Source of the DNA: Candidatus Sulfomarinibacteraceae bacterium
GTDB lineage: Bacteria > Acidobacteriota > Thermoanaerobaculia > Thermoanaerobaculales > Sulfomarinibacteraceae
Reading direction: 5' to 3'
NCBI GenBank assembly: GCA_963796455.1
Contig: CAWCLO010000001.1
Coordinates: 544,001-608,000 of the forward strand
Length of the DNA: 64,000 nucleotides
Positions 1 through 12,086 of this stretch are shown here, piece after piece; position 1 is the first letter of the stretch; the number at the start of each line of letters is the position of its first letter. Under the pieces are notes generated by a model, which was given only the letters and a program-made list of their open reading frames with translations, did no database searches and was not told where the DNA came from. Made by a program: the position numbers and the translations under genes.

Positions 1-1
1 G

Positions 2-1045
2 CATCGGGGTCTGAAGCCCGCTCGTTTCGTCCCACCGGTTCATGAGATTTGCATTTTGAATTGCCTGGCCGGCCGCCCCTTTGACCAGATTGTCGATGGC
101 GGAGCACACCGAGACCACCCCGTCCCGGGCCACGATCGCGAGATCACACCTGTTACTCCCCCAGACATCGACCACCGCCGGCGGCTGATCGAGGATCCGG
201 ATGAAGGGGGCCCCTGCATAATAACTCCGGTATCGGTCGGAGACTCCCGCTGCATCAACTCCAGGATCGACAAAAAGGTGGCAGGATGCCGCAATTCCGC
301 GAACCAGGGGCGTTCGGTGCGGAACAAAGGAAATCGGGACCGACGAACCATCCCCAACTGATTGCCAGGTCTGGACGATTTCCGGCAGATGCTGGTGTTC
401 CAGGGGCCGGTAGGCCTCGATATTATGGGCGCGGCGCGGGTGGTGGGTGGTCGGTCCGGGTTTGACGCCGGCTCCCGACGAACCGGTCATACCATCCACC
501 GCAACGCATCGAACACCCCAACCGGCACCCGCGGCCGGCGCGAGGGCCAATCCGATGGCCGTGGCGAAACAGCCCGGATTGGCGACACGATCGGATCCGA
601 TGATCAGCGGGCGATTGACCTCCGCCAGCCCGTAGACGAATTCCGACAAGAGATCGGGGTGCGCATGCGGGCGGCCATAGGCCTGCTCGTATATGGAGTC
701 GTCCTGCAAACGAAAATCGCCGGAGAGATCGATGACCTGGAGATCACCAGCCCCCTCCATATCCACGAGTTGAGGCAGCCGTTTCATGGTGTCTCCGTGC
801 CCCATGGCCGAAAACACCGTCCACGAATCGCCGCCGAGAACATCCGGGTCCCAATCACCGAAAGATATGAACTGAAGATCGATCCAGGGATCGAGGTCGG
901 GATAAACGTCGCCGATCACTCTCCCGGCGCTGCTTTCCGAAACCGCCGCTGCGAGCTCGAGATGAGGGTGGGTGGCCAAAAGGCGGAGCAGCTCACCGCC
1001 GACAAATCCTCCGGCACCGAGGACGACTGCCTTACGCGTTGCCAT
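2..1045 (-). CDS. argC: N-acetyl-gamma-glutamyl-phosphate reductase (3' end runs off window; missing from ORF track)
   Basis: Manual translation from ATG at 1045 gives MATRKAVVLGAGGFVGGELLRLLATHPHLE..., and AIDNLVKGAAGQAIQNANLM near the window edge. Both are ArgC signatures; the gene lies in the arg operon. Confidence 0.95.
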   Translation of the reverse strand, partial: MATRKAVVLGAGGFVGGELLRLLATHPHLELAAAVSESSAGRVIGDVYPDLDPWIDLQFISFGDWDPDVLGGDSWTVFSAMGHGDTMKRLPQLVDMEGAGDLQVIDLSGDFRLQDDSIYEQAYGRPHAHPDLLSEFVYGLAEVNRPLIIGSDRVANPGCFATAIGLALAPAAGAGWGVRCVAVDGMTGSSGAGVKPGPTTHHPRRAHNIEAYRPLEHQHLPEIVQTWQSVGDGSSVPISFVPHRTPLVRGIAASCHLFVDPGVDAAGVSDRYRSYYAGAPFIRILDQPPAVVDVWGSNRCDLAIVARDGVVSVCSAIDNLVKGAAGQAIQNANLMNRWDETSGLQTPM

Positions 1046-2084
1046 CGAAGAGCCTTCCTGCAACAATTTCGACCAGGCGTTCGGGAGAGGTCAGGGCGTT
1101 GGCCGTCGGGATACCCAGGGAGGTCTCGACAAAGGAGCCGCCGACCTCGTTGTCGGTCGCAGGGCCGGTGATCACATCAGGCACCAGACCGTAGTCTTCG
1201 CTCAACAGCCTCGTGCCGCCCCACGCGCCCACCGGGTCGGTCGCACACAACACCACCGAACGGATCTGTTCGAGCAGATCCGGCGCTGACAGGATGGCCT
1301 GGACGCCATATTCCCCCAACAGGCCATCCCCGAGTTCGAGGATGATCACATCGGGTCGCGAGCGATTGAGCTGACCGATGATCCGCCGGGCCGCGTCGGG
1401 AGCCGTGGCGGCGTCGGTGGTGACGACGCCGGCGTCGATGAACGAAACGGCTTCTGCCGCACCGTGATCGAGCATCCCGAGCACATCGCGCTGCAAGGCG
1501 ACTCCGGTCAGTTTTCCCGCTGCAACCGCCCGTCCCTTGCGAGAGAGACCGTGGATGATCTCGCAGGTGGCGACCGTTTTACCGGAGTCCATACAGGTCC
1601 CGACCACAGCAACGATCGGCGCCGAGTGTTTCGAAGGCCCGTTGGACGTAATTCCATGATCCGCGATCGCCACCGGTTTGCCGATACGCTCACCGAGGAT
1701 CGGAAAGTGGAGGACCGCTCCGAGAAGCTCGACATCGAATGGCTTGCCGACATCCGGCGCGTAGGAGGAGCAGCGGCCGATCACGCCACCGAGGTTGAGT
1801 ACGTTGAGGGTGTCGCCGGGCTTGACCTGATCGGGAACATCACCGACATAGCCTCGCAAAGCGCGGCGGTGGCCGAGCACGCCGGCAATCACATCACCGG
1901 GTTTGAGCCGGGTCATCCGTCCCTCGACGTTTTCGAGCTGGTTGTAAACCGCTTTGTCGGTGAGGATCTTCACAGCCACCACGTAGCCCGCCTCCGCCAC
2001 CACTTCCGATGTGATGTAGGCGTCGTGGGTGATTGGAGCATTCTTCGCGGCCGATGCGATCTTGTCGAGCGTGATTCGTCTCAT
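1032..2084 (-). CDS. DUF1611/DgcN-like P-loop-containing protein
   Basis: Start MRRITLDKIAS at 2084 overlaps the argG stop (ATGA). Motifs VVGTCMDSGKT, GKLTG and ELGDGLLG resemble DUF1611-type proteins. Confidence 0.7.
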   Translation of the reverse strand: MRRITLDKIASAAKNAPITHDAYITSEVVAEAGYVVAVKILTDKAVYNQLENVEGRMTRLKPGDVIAGVLGHRRALRGYVGDVPDQVKPGDTLNVLNLGGVIGRCSSYAPDVGKPFDVELLGAVLHFPILGERIGKPVAIADHGITSNGPSKHSAPIVAVVGTCMDSGKTVATCEIIHGLSRKGRAVAAGKLTGVALQRDVLGMLDHGAAEAVSFIDAGVVTTDAATAPDAARRIIGQLNRSRPDVIILELGDGLLGEYGVQAILSAPDLLEQIRSVVLCATDPVGAWGGTRLLSEDYGLVPDVITGPATDNEVGGSFVETSLGIPTANALTSPERLVEIVAGRLFDGNA

Positions 2085-3307
2085 GAGCCCGAGCCCCTCG
2101 TCTCCATCCGCCGCCCGACCGCATGGGCCAGTGCGCCTTGCAGTCCGTAGATTCTGGTGAAGCCAGCCGCATCTTCGCCCGACCACAGCGACTGGGTTTC
2201 GCCGTATGTGGCTGCCACCTGGTCGACCAGGGAATTCGGGCTGCGAATCCCTTCGACCTCCACCCGGCCCTGACACAGATTCATTCGAACCGTTCCCTGA
2301 ACCCGTTGCTGGCTCGAAGAGACCATGGCCCCGATGTCGTCAAAGACTGGATCGTGCGCCATCGCCTCGTGAATGATCGTGCCGAGAAATCCGCTGACCT
2401 GGGTCTTCCAGAACTGCTGCCATCGGGTGAGCACGAGCTTTTCGAGCTCACGATGGCCCGGAATGAGCATCGCGGCCGCAGGCGCCTCGAAAGCGATCCG
2501 CCCTTTGATGCCGAGAATGGTGTCACCCAGGTGGACACCGCGACCGACAGCGTGGGCCGCGCCGAGGCGATTGAGCTTGGCGATCAACTCCGGACCGGAG
2601 AGGACCTCGCCGTCAAGGGCCACCGGTACGCCGGCCGCGAATTCGATCTCGATCGTTGTCCCTCCGACCGGCGCCTCGTCGGGTTTGACCACGTTTGGGT
2701 AAGCCTCATCGGGCACGGTGGACCAGGGATCGTGAATCTCACCGCCGCCAATGGTCAATCCCCACATTCCTGCGTTGACGGAGTAGGTCGTCGTGGTGGG
2801 CGCGACCTCGATGCCGTGATCGTGCAACCAGGACGATTCCTGTTCCCGGCTCAGAGCCTGTTCCCTGATCGGAGCCAAAACTTCGATTTCAGGAGCCAGG
2901 GTCCGGAAGGAAACATCAAAACGAACCTGGTCGTTCCCGGCACCGGTCGACCCATGTGCCACGGCCTCGGCACCCAGGCTCTTCGCCTCGCGAACGAGGA
3001 GCTCCGCCTGAATCAGACGTTCAGCCGAAACACACAGTGGATAGACGTCGCCGCGCAGGATGTTTCCCTGGATGATCCTGCTGATGACCCGGTCAAAGAC
3101 CTCGGTCCTGCCGTCAACGGTGAGATGGTGGTGCGCGCCGGCTCGCTTCGATGCGGCCTCGATCTCGACCAGTTCATCCACGTCAAAACCGCCGGTGTCC
3201 ACCGTCACGGTGATGACCTCGGCTCCAGTTGTTTCCCGCAGCCAGGCCGCGCAATAAGTAGTGTCCAGACCGCCGCTGAAGGCGACCACGATTTTCTTCG
3301 CTTTCAT
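2081..3307 (-). CDS. argG: argininosuccinate synthase
   Basis: AFSGGLDT, HGSTGAGNDQVRF, GIKGRIAFEAPAA motifs. Confidence 0.97.
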   Translation of the reverse strand: MKAKKIVVAFSGGLDTTYCAAWLRETTGAEVITVTVDTGGFDVDELVEIEAASKRAGAHHHLTVDGRTEVFDRVISRIIQGNILRGDVYPLCVSAERLIQAELLVREAKSLGAEAVAHGSTGAGNDQVRFDVSFRTLAPEIEVLAPIREQALSREQESSWLHDHGIEVAPTTTTYSVNAGMWGLTIGGGEIHDPWSTVPDEAYPNVVKPDEAPVGGTTIEIEFAAGVPVALDGEVLSGPELIAKLNRLGAAHAVGRGVHLGDTILGIKGRIAFEAPAAAMLIPGHRELEKLVLTRWQQFWKTQVSGFLGTIIHEAMAHDPVFDDIGAMVSSSQQRVQGTVRMNLCQGRVEVEGIRSPNSLVDQVAATYGETQSLWSGEDAAGFTRIYGLQGALAHAVGRRMETRGSGS

Positions 3308-3786
3308 GAGGACTTCTCCATGATGTGTTCGAGGGCCTCGATCATGCGTTCACCGGCATTTCGGTCGAGGACCGCCACAAAAAGCGTGTCATCTCCGGCA
3401 ACCGAGCCCACCACACCCGGCCAATCGATCCCGTCCACGTAGATGCCGATACTGTGCGCCGTTCCCGGCAGGGTCCTCACGACCACCAGGTGATCCCCTA
3501 CGGCAGTGGCGCTCTGCAGGAAAGCGGCGATGCTCGACGCAAAATCCACCAGATCCGGCACCGCTGCCGCCGCCTGCGGTTCGACATAGCGGCCACCGCG
3601 TTTGACCAGCCCGATCTCCCGAATATCCCGCGAAATGCTCGCCTGGGTGCACGAGACGCCGGCAGCATGCAGTCGCTCGACCAGAGCCGACTGGGTGTCG
3701 ACCCGGTTGTCAGCGACGATTTCCCGGATCAAGATTTGGCGATCGATCTTGGAAACCACCGCGGAAGACTGTGTAGATTTATTCAT
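3304..3786 (-). CDS. argR: arginine repressor
   Basis: TQASISRDIREIGLVK wHTH, RTLPGTA, GSVAGDDT arginine-binding motif. Confidence 0.96.
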   Translation of the reverse strand: MNKSTQSSAVVSKIDRQILIREIVADNRVDTQSALVERLHAAGVSCTQASISRDIREIGLVKRGGRYVEPQAAAAVPDLVDFASSIAAFLQSATAVGDHLVVVRTLPGTAHSIGIYVDGIDWPGVVGSVAGDDTLFVAVLDRNAGERMIEALEHIMEKSS

Positions 3787-3834
3787 TACTCAACCATTCT
3801 CGTTCGTTTGATCATTGGGAAATCATGAATAAGA

Positions 3835-3889
3835 ACTGAATATTTATTCATGATTTTTGAATATTATCCTCTTACATGGATTCTGTCAA
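3835..3889 (-). promoter_or_regulatory. sigma70-type promoter with overlapping ARG box
   Basis: Minus strand TTGACA(3889-3884)-17 bp-TAATAT(3866-3861). TGAATATTTATTCA at 3837-3850 fits the ArgR consensus TGAATwwwwATTCA; a weaker second box lies at 3856-3873. Confidence 0.85.
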
Positions 3890-3994
3890 ACATTGCTCGT
3901 CGAAAGAAAAAACTGGAACAAAAGGTGAAAAATTCGACGCTTCGCCGCAATTGAAGGGCCGCAGAAGCCTCTCGGTTGGTCAGAGCGTGTTTAC

Positions 3995-4846
3995 CTAGGG
4001 CAGGCGCTCCGGAGAATGGGCGCTCGAATCGACTCCCAATTCACGGGATCGTTCGTATGCGGCCCACACTGCTCTGGAAATGGCGGTGCGAAAGCCGGCC
4101 TTTTCGAGGTAATAGAGAGCTGCTGCCGAAGTGCCCCCCGGCGAAGTCACCTGATTTCTCAATCTCGCGAGGTGGCGTGGATCGTCGTCACTCGAATAAA
4201 AATCCACCGATCCGCGAAGGGTCTTTGCCACCAGGATTTCTGCCACCCGCCGCGAAAATCCGAGGTGGACGCCCGCATCAACCATCGCCTCCATGAAAAG
4301 GAAAACATAGGCAGGGCCGGTGCCGGAAAGCGCCGTGGCCATGTCGAGAAATCTCTCTTCCTCAACAAAGACCTCGTCACCAAATGCACCGAGAATCTTC
4401 TGCGCCGATTCCTGCTGTTCTTTGGAAACAGAAGGCGCTGCGGTCCAAACGGTAATCCCCTCGCCGATCTGGGCCGGTGTGTTGGGCATGGAACGCACCA
4501 CCTTGGTGTGATCCAACCCGCCGGAAATCTTGTCAACGGTGGCCCCGGCGATAATCGAGACCACCAGGGCGGAGGGCTTGATGACCCCATTCAGCTCCGC
4601 AAGCACGTGATCGAGACGTTGCGGTTTGACGGCGAGCACCACCACATCGGCATCGGTGACCGCCGCTACATTGTCGGTTGCCGTCCGGATCCCGTGACGT
4701 GCAACGAGATCAGCTCCCCGCGATTCGCTCGGCCCGGCTGCGACGATCGCCTCCGCAGGTACGACACCCTGCCCGATCAGACCGGCGATCATGGCCTCCG
4801 CCATCACACCGGGACCGACAAACGCAAGCTCAGTTCCATTCTTCAT
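3995..4846 (-). CDS. proC: pyrroline-5-carboxylate reductase
   Basis: GPGVMAEAM, VLAVKPQ, RSMPNTP, ALSGTGPAY, VTSPGGT. Confidence 0.96.
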   Translation of the reverse strand: MKNGTELAFVGPGVMAEAMIAGLIGQGVVPAEAIVAAGPSESRGADLVARHGIRTATDNVAAVTDADVVVLAVKPQRLDHVLAELNGVIKPSALVVSIIAGATVDKISGGLDHTKVVRSMPNTPAQIGEGITVWTAAPSVSKEQQESAQKILGAFGDEVFVEEERFLDMATALSGTGPAYVFLFMEAMVDAGVHLGFSRRVAEILVAKTLRGSVDFYSSDDDPRHLARLRNQVTSPGGTSAAALYYLEKAGFRTAISRAVWAAYERSRELGVDSSAHSPERLP

Positions 4847-4891
4847 ATTGATCTCTTTTCCTGTAGTGAAATGGGTTGCGGCCGGATACCC

Positions 4892-7535
<2,644 letters not shown>

Positions 7536-7555
<20 letters not shown>

Positions 7556-8030
7556 GGTTCTGGTTCTCCCGGGATGCCGCCAATTCGTCAACGGCGGCGA
7601 TCGCGATGTCTGTTTCGAAACCGCGAGTGATGAGGGAGCTTACCATCCGGGCTCGGCGCTGGCTATCCCGCCACCAGCCGTCGGGAGCACGCACCTGGAG
7701 CTTTCGCAGGGCGGTCCCCATGGCCTGTACCGCTTGATCGGGGGAGAGCCGCGCCAAACGTTCTGCAGCAAGGGAGTCGATCCCCCGATGTTTGAGTTCC
7801 GCGGCCAGCCGGTGAGGCCCCCAACCCCTGTCGACGGCCCGGATCTCGACAAATCGGCCGCCGACCCGTTCGTCGTCCACCAACCCGAGAGACTCACAGC
7901 GCCCGACCGCCTCATCGATCTCACCGGCCGGATACTCCTTCTTACGCAGCTTCTCCTCGAGCTCGCGCCGGAAGTGATCGCGGCGAGACAAAATATTGAG
8001 GGCCGTCTGATAGGCGGATCGTTTGCTCAT
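7536..8030 (-). CDS. recX: regulatory protein RecX
   Basis: ALNILSRRDHFRRELEEKL, GLVDDER, GPHRLAAELKHRGI; adjacent to alaS. Confidence 0.88.
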
Positions 8031-8068
8031 GCAAGTTGCCTACTGCAACAGATCGAGCGAAACCGAGC

Positions 8069-9250
8069 TTAACTTTCGCCGCCAAACTCGAAGGGCGATT
8101 CCTCGGAGAACGGATCGAGCTCGTTTTCGGTACCCAACTCGAGAACACCGTCCATCTCCTCGCGGGAAATATCGGCGGTCGACTGGATGCCCTGAATCTT
8201 GAGCTTGAACTCGTCGGGGTTGGTTGCCCGGCGGAGCGCCTCCTCGAGCGTGATGAGGCCGTTCTTGTACAAGAGGTAGAGGCTCTGGTCGAAGGTTTGC
8301 ATACCGTATTGACTGGTGCCCTGGTTGATCGCATCGCGGATGAGCTTGGTCTTCTCCTTGTTTTCGATACAGTCGCGGATATAGCCCGTCGAGATCAGGA
8401 TCTCGACTGCCGGAACCCGGCCGAGACCGTCGGCGCGAGGTAACAGGCGCATCGAGATGATCGCCTTCAAAACCGCTGAGAGCTGGATCCGGATCTGCTT
8501 CTGCTGGTGGGGTGGGAAGACCGAGATGATGCGGTTGACGGTTTCGGTGGCATCGACCGTATGCAATGTCGACAGCACCAGATGGCCGGTTTCGGCGGCC
8601 AGGAGTGCCGTTTCGATCGTCTCGTAGTCACGCATCTCACCAACCAGAATCACATCCGGATCCTGCCGCATCGCGGATCGTAATGCGGTCGAGAACTGTT
8701 TGGTGTCCACATCGACTTCACGCTGATTGATGATGCTCTTCTTGTCGCGGTGGAGAAACTCGATCGGGTCCTCGATGGTCATGATGTGCTCGATCCGTCG
8801 CGTATTGACGAAATCGATCATCGACGCCAGGGAGGTGGACTTTCCCGAACCGGTGGTGCCGGTCACGAGCACCAGACCGCGCTGCTCCTCGCAGATCTTT
8901 TCGAGCGTTCCCGGCAGCATCAATTCCTTGAAGGTCTGGATCCGCGCCGGAATCAGACGCAGAACGAGTCCCACCGAGCCCCGCTGTTGAAAGATATTGC
9001 AACGAAAACGACCCATTCCGGGCACCGAATACGCGATATCGGTTTCCAGAGTGTGTTTAAAGCGCTCCTTTTGACGCGACGACATCATCGAGAACGCCAT
9101 CGCGATGGTGTCCTCCTGCATCATGCGTTTGAACTCGGTCAAGACCTGGAGCCGGCCGTCGATGCGCAACACCGGATGGGCACCGACCTTGATGTGGACG
9201 TCTGACGCTTTTCGTTCAACGGCCACTTTGAGGACATCATTGATGTGCAT
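8069..9250 (-). CDS. pilT: type IV pilus retraction ATPase, PilT/PilU family
   Basis: ASDVHIKVG, Walker A GTTGSGKST, TIEDPIE, RQDPDVILVGEMRD, ETGHLVLSTLHT, GMQTFDQSL. Confidence 0.92.
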   Translation of the reverse strand: MHINDVLKVAVERKASDVHIKVGAHPVLRIDGRLQVLTEFKRMMQEDTIAMAFSMMSSRQKERFKHTLETDIAYSVPGMGRFRCNIFQQRGSVGLVLRLIPARIQTFKELMLPGTLEKICEEQRGLVLVTGTTGSGKSTSLASMIDFVNTRRIEHIMTIEDPIEFLHRDKKSIINQREVDVDTKQFSTALRSAMRQDPDVILVGEMRDYETIETALLAAETGHLVLSTLHTVDATETVNRIISVFPPHQQKQIRIQLSAVLKAIISMRLLPRADGLGRVPAVEILISTGYIRDCIENKEKTKLIRDAINQGTSQYGMQTFDQSLYLLYKNGLITLEEALRRATNPDEFKLKIQGIQSTADISREEMDGVLELGTENELDPFSEESPFEFGGES

Positions 9251-9381
9251 AGTTCCCCCTAAGAATCCTCTTCAAGTGTATCGCAACGGCACCTGCGTCA
9301 ATTTCCCTGCCCGGTTCTGTGTCCAATAAATCGAGTGCGAAGGCGCCACCGGGTGTCCCCAACAGCCGCCCGCGAACGCTT

Positions 9382-9485
9382 GGCTATGGGGCTATGGGGC
9401 TATGGGGCTATGGGTTTTCTAAAACGAGTTTCCTCCATAGCCTCACAGCCAGGCCGCGAAGCGGCCGAACAACGCCTCATAGCCA
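9382..9485. repeat. (GGCTATGG)x4 tandem repeat with partial inverted copies
   Basis: Four exact 8-mers at 9382-9413. Complementary units CCATAGCC/TCACAGCC at 9435-9450 and CTCATAGCC at ~9476. Confidence 0.85.
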
Positions 9486-9542
9486 TGTTGACCAAACCTC
9501 ATCGCACGATCTCTTCTCGCCCTCCCAGCTACACTGATCGCG

Positions 9543-10907
9543 ATGAATCATCTCGTCCTGATTCTCGTCATTCTCTATGCTGGGACGCTGGTCGCTCTTT
9601 CGGCCAGGCGGCGCGGTGGTGGTGGCGTTGACTACCTGCTCGCCGGCCGCAAGCTGACCCTCCCTGCGTTTGTCGCCACTCTCGTCACGACCTGGTATGG
9701 AGGCATCCTCGGAATCGGTGAGTACGCGTGGAGCTATGGCATCTCGACCTGGTTGGTATTCGGCATTCCCTACTATCTCGCGGCCGTGGTCTTCGCGTTG
9801 TGGCTGGCACCCCGTCTCCGCCGCACCGGCGCCATTACGATCCCCGATCTATTGAATCGCGCCTATGGCCGCAAGGCCTCATTGACCGGTGCGGCGGCGG
9901 TCTACGCATCGACGGTGCCGGTGGCCTACCTCCTGATGTTGGCGGTCCTCCTGCGCCAGGTGACCGGGTGGTCACTGCCTGCCTCCGTCGCGGCCGCTGC
10001 CGCATTTTCAGCCCTCTACGTCGGACTCTCCGGCTTCCGCGCCGTTGTTCGGACTGATGTACTGCAATTGTTCCTCATGTACGGGGGATTCTTCATTCTC
10101 CTCCCAGCCGCCCTGAATCACACGGGCGGATTCGGCGGATTGTGGTCTGCGCTGCCAGAGAGCCACCAGAGCTGGGACGGTGGCCTCGGCTGGCAGACCG
10201 TCCTCGTGTGGTACCTGATCGCGCTACAGACGGTGGTCGAGCCCGCCTTTTATCAACGGGTCTTTGCCGCGCGCGATCCGAAAACCGCCCGAACGGGTGT
10301 CCTGATCTCGGTTGGGATGTGGATTGTTTTTGACTTTTTCACCGTATTTTCGGGTCTCGCAGCCCGGGTCCTTTTACCCGATCTCACCGATCCGATGGCG
10401 GCCTATCCCGCCCTCGCCGATTTGGTGTTGTCGCCATGGGCCGCAGCAGTTTTCACCCTTGCCCTCTTCGCCACCGTCATGTCGACCCTCGACTCATATC
10501 TCTTCATCGCCGCCACCACCATCGGCCACGATCTCAGCCCGTCTCCGCAAAATCCCGAGCGCGAACGCCGGCAAACACGTTTCGGTCTTGCCGTCTCCGC
10601 CGTCCTGGCCGCCTTTGGGGCGCTGGTCTTCGACTCGGCGGTGGAGGTCTGGCACCACGTCGGATCGGTGGTGACCTCGACCCTGCTGTTGCCGGTGCTC
10701 GCCATTCATCTGCCGCGGGAGTGGAGGCCGAGCTCGGCTGGGGCTGTGAGCGCGATGGTGGCTGCCGCGGTGATTTCCAGCGGCTGGATCCTGACCGCCG
10801 ACAACAGCGGATATTTTTGGGGTCTCGAGCCACTGTTCCCGGCCCTCGGCGCGGCTGCAACCTGTCTCGTCTTTGACCGTATTTCATTCCATGTCTGGAA
10901 TCGATGA
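9543..10907 (+). CDS. sodium:solute symporter (SSS) family transporter
   Basis: DYLLAGRKL, TWYGG, GFRAVVRTDVLQ, YQRVFAARD, ATVMSTLDS; many TM helices. Confidence 0.92.
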   Translation: MNHLVLILVILYAGTLVALSARRRGGGGVDYLLAGRKLTLPAFVATLVTTWYGGILGIGEYAWSYGISTWLVFGIPYYLAAVVFALWLAPRLRRTGAITIPDLLNRAYGRKASLTGAAAVYASTVPVAYLLMLAVLLRQVTGWSLPASVAAAAAFSALYVGLSGFRAVVRTDVLQLFLMYGGFFILLPAALNHTGGFGGLWSALPESHQSWDGGLGWQTVLVWYLIALQTVVEPAFYQRVFAARDPKTARTGVLISVGMWIVFDFFTVFSGLAARVLLPDLTDPMAAYPALADLVLSPWAAAVFTLALFATVMSTLDSYLFIAATTIGHDLSPSPQNPERERRQTRFGLAVSAVLAAFGALVFDSAVEVWHHVGSVVTSTLLLPVLAIHLPREWRPSSAGAVSAMVAAAVISSGWILTADNSGYFWGLEPLFPALGAAATCLVFDRISFHVWNR

Positions 10908-11901
10908 AAACCCCACACTGAATCGCAGGTCGAATCACATCAAAACCAAAAGAAACGCCGTCGTTTCAGTCCTGGTGGCTCTGGTTCTCCTCACCTGCCC
11001 CTCATTTGCGCGTGCCCAGACTCAGCAACAGAATGTTGTCGGAACCGAGGCCCCCGGGTTGTCACCAAACGAGCAGTACGAGGGCTACCTCTTCCTGGAT
11101 GTGGACGGCCAACCGCTTCCGTACCAAAGCGATGAGAAAATCGAGAATTTCCTTGCCAACGCCCTCGTCCTCGCCTCCGAGAAAATCCCGGTGGGTGTCA
11201 CCAGCCCACAAAAACTCACGCTTGCCTATGGCGACATCCGTGCCAACGCCGCCTTCAAACACATCGATCGGACGGAGAGAAACGTCCGGACAAAGGTCGC
11301 CGGCAAGCAGCAAAACCACCGCGAATGGCGTGACTGGTACGGTTATGACATTGCAGCATACCGAGTCGATCGTTTGCTTGGCCTCTATCGTGTCCCGCCG
11401 ACCGTCGCCCGAAAAATCAAGCGCAACCGGGGTTCCGTCACAATCTGGATTCGAGATACGATACCCGAACGCGAGCGGCTGAAAAAAGCCTTCGAACCAC
11501 CCGACATCGCGCGATTCAACCAACAGCAACAAACCCTGCGCCTCTTCGAAAATCTGGTGGCGAACGAAGACAGCAATCTCGGAAACACCCTGATCGATGG
11601 GAACTGGCGTTTCTGGTTCATCGATTGTTCACGCTGTTTTGGAACCTCCAAGGACCTTCTTTATGCGGAAGCCATTCGACATTGTGACCGTGAGGTCTTG
11701 CAGGCATTACGAGACCTCGACCGGGACGAAGCAAAAGAGGCCCTGTCTGATTTTCTCAGCCGATACGAGATCAACGCCCTCTTCGAGCGCCGCGACAAGA
11801 TCATCGCCCATGTCGAAAAGCTGATCGCGGAACTGGGTGAAGAGATGGTGCTTTTCGATTCGAGGCCACCGACCGAACGCGCCCCATGGGTCACAGATTG
11901 A
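10891..11901 (+). CDS. secreted kinase-like protein (PI3/4-kinase/Fam20-like fold), paralog 1
   Basis: Signal-peptide-like hydrophobic stretch; AAFK, DIAAYRVDRLLGLYRVPPTV, NEDSNLGN, IDCSRCF. Start uncertain. Confidence 0.65.
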   Translation: MSGIDENPTLNRRSNHIKTKRNAVVSVLVALVLLTCPSFARAQTQQQNVVGTEAPGLSPNEQYEGYLFLDVDGQPLPYQSDEKIENFLANALVLASEKIPVGVTSPQKLTLAYGDIRANAAFKHIDRTERNVRTKVAGKQQNHREWRDWYGYDIAAYRVDRLLGLYRVPPTVARKIKRNRGSVTIWIRDTIPERERLKKAFEPPDIARFNQQQQTLRLFENLVANEDSNLGNTLIDGNWRFWFIDCSRCFGTSKDLLYAEAIRHCDREVLQALRDLDRDEAKEALSDFLSRYEINALFERRDKIIAHVEKLIAELGEEMVLFDSRPPTERAPWVTD

Positions 11902-12086
11902 GGCAACCCCCAAACAGCGACACAAACCGAGCCCGACAATAAAACCGTCATCAACCTCTCGGCAGCTCTCACCAGCCGCAATGATGTCGCTGGACCTCGC
12001 GCTGCGCCCTTTTTCATCGGGAACGAGGTATTCGAAACTCTCTGATCGTCTTGACACCGGGATCCGATATCTCTAGGTTGATATTC

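Noticed and set aside
362..1171. 269-aa plus-strand ORF
   Set aside because: Antisense shadow of argC.
9260..9542. Riboswitch upstream of the SSS transporter
   Set aside because: No TPP, cobalamin or other aptamer core recognised; the region is dominated by the tandem repeat.
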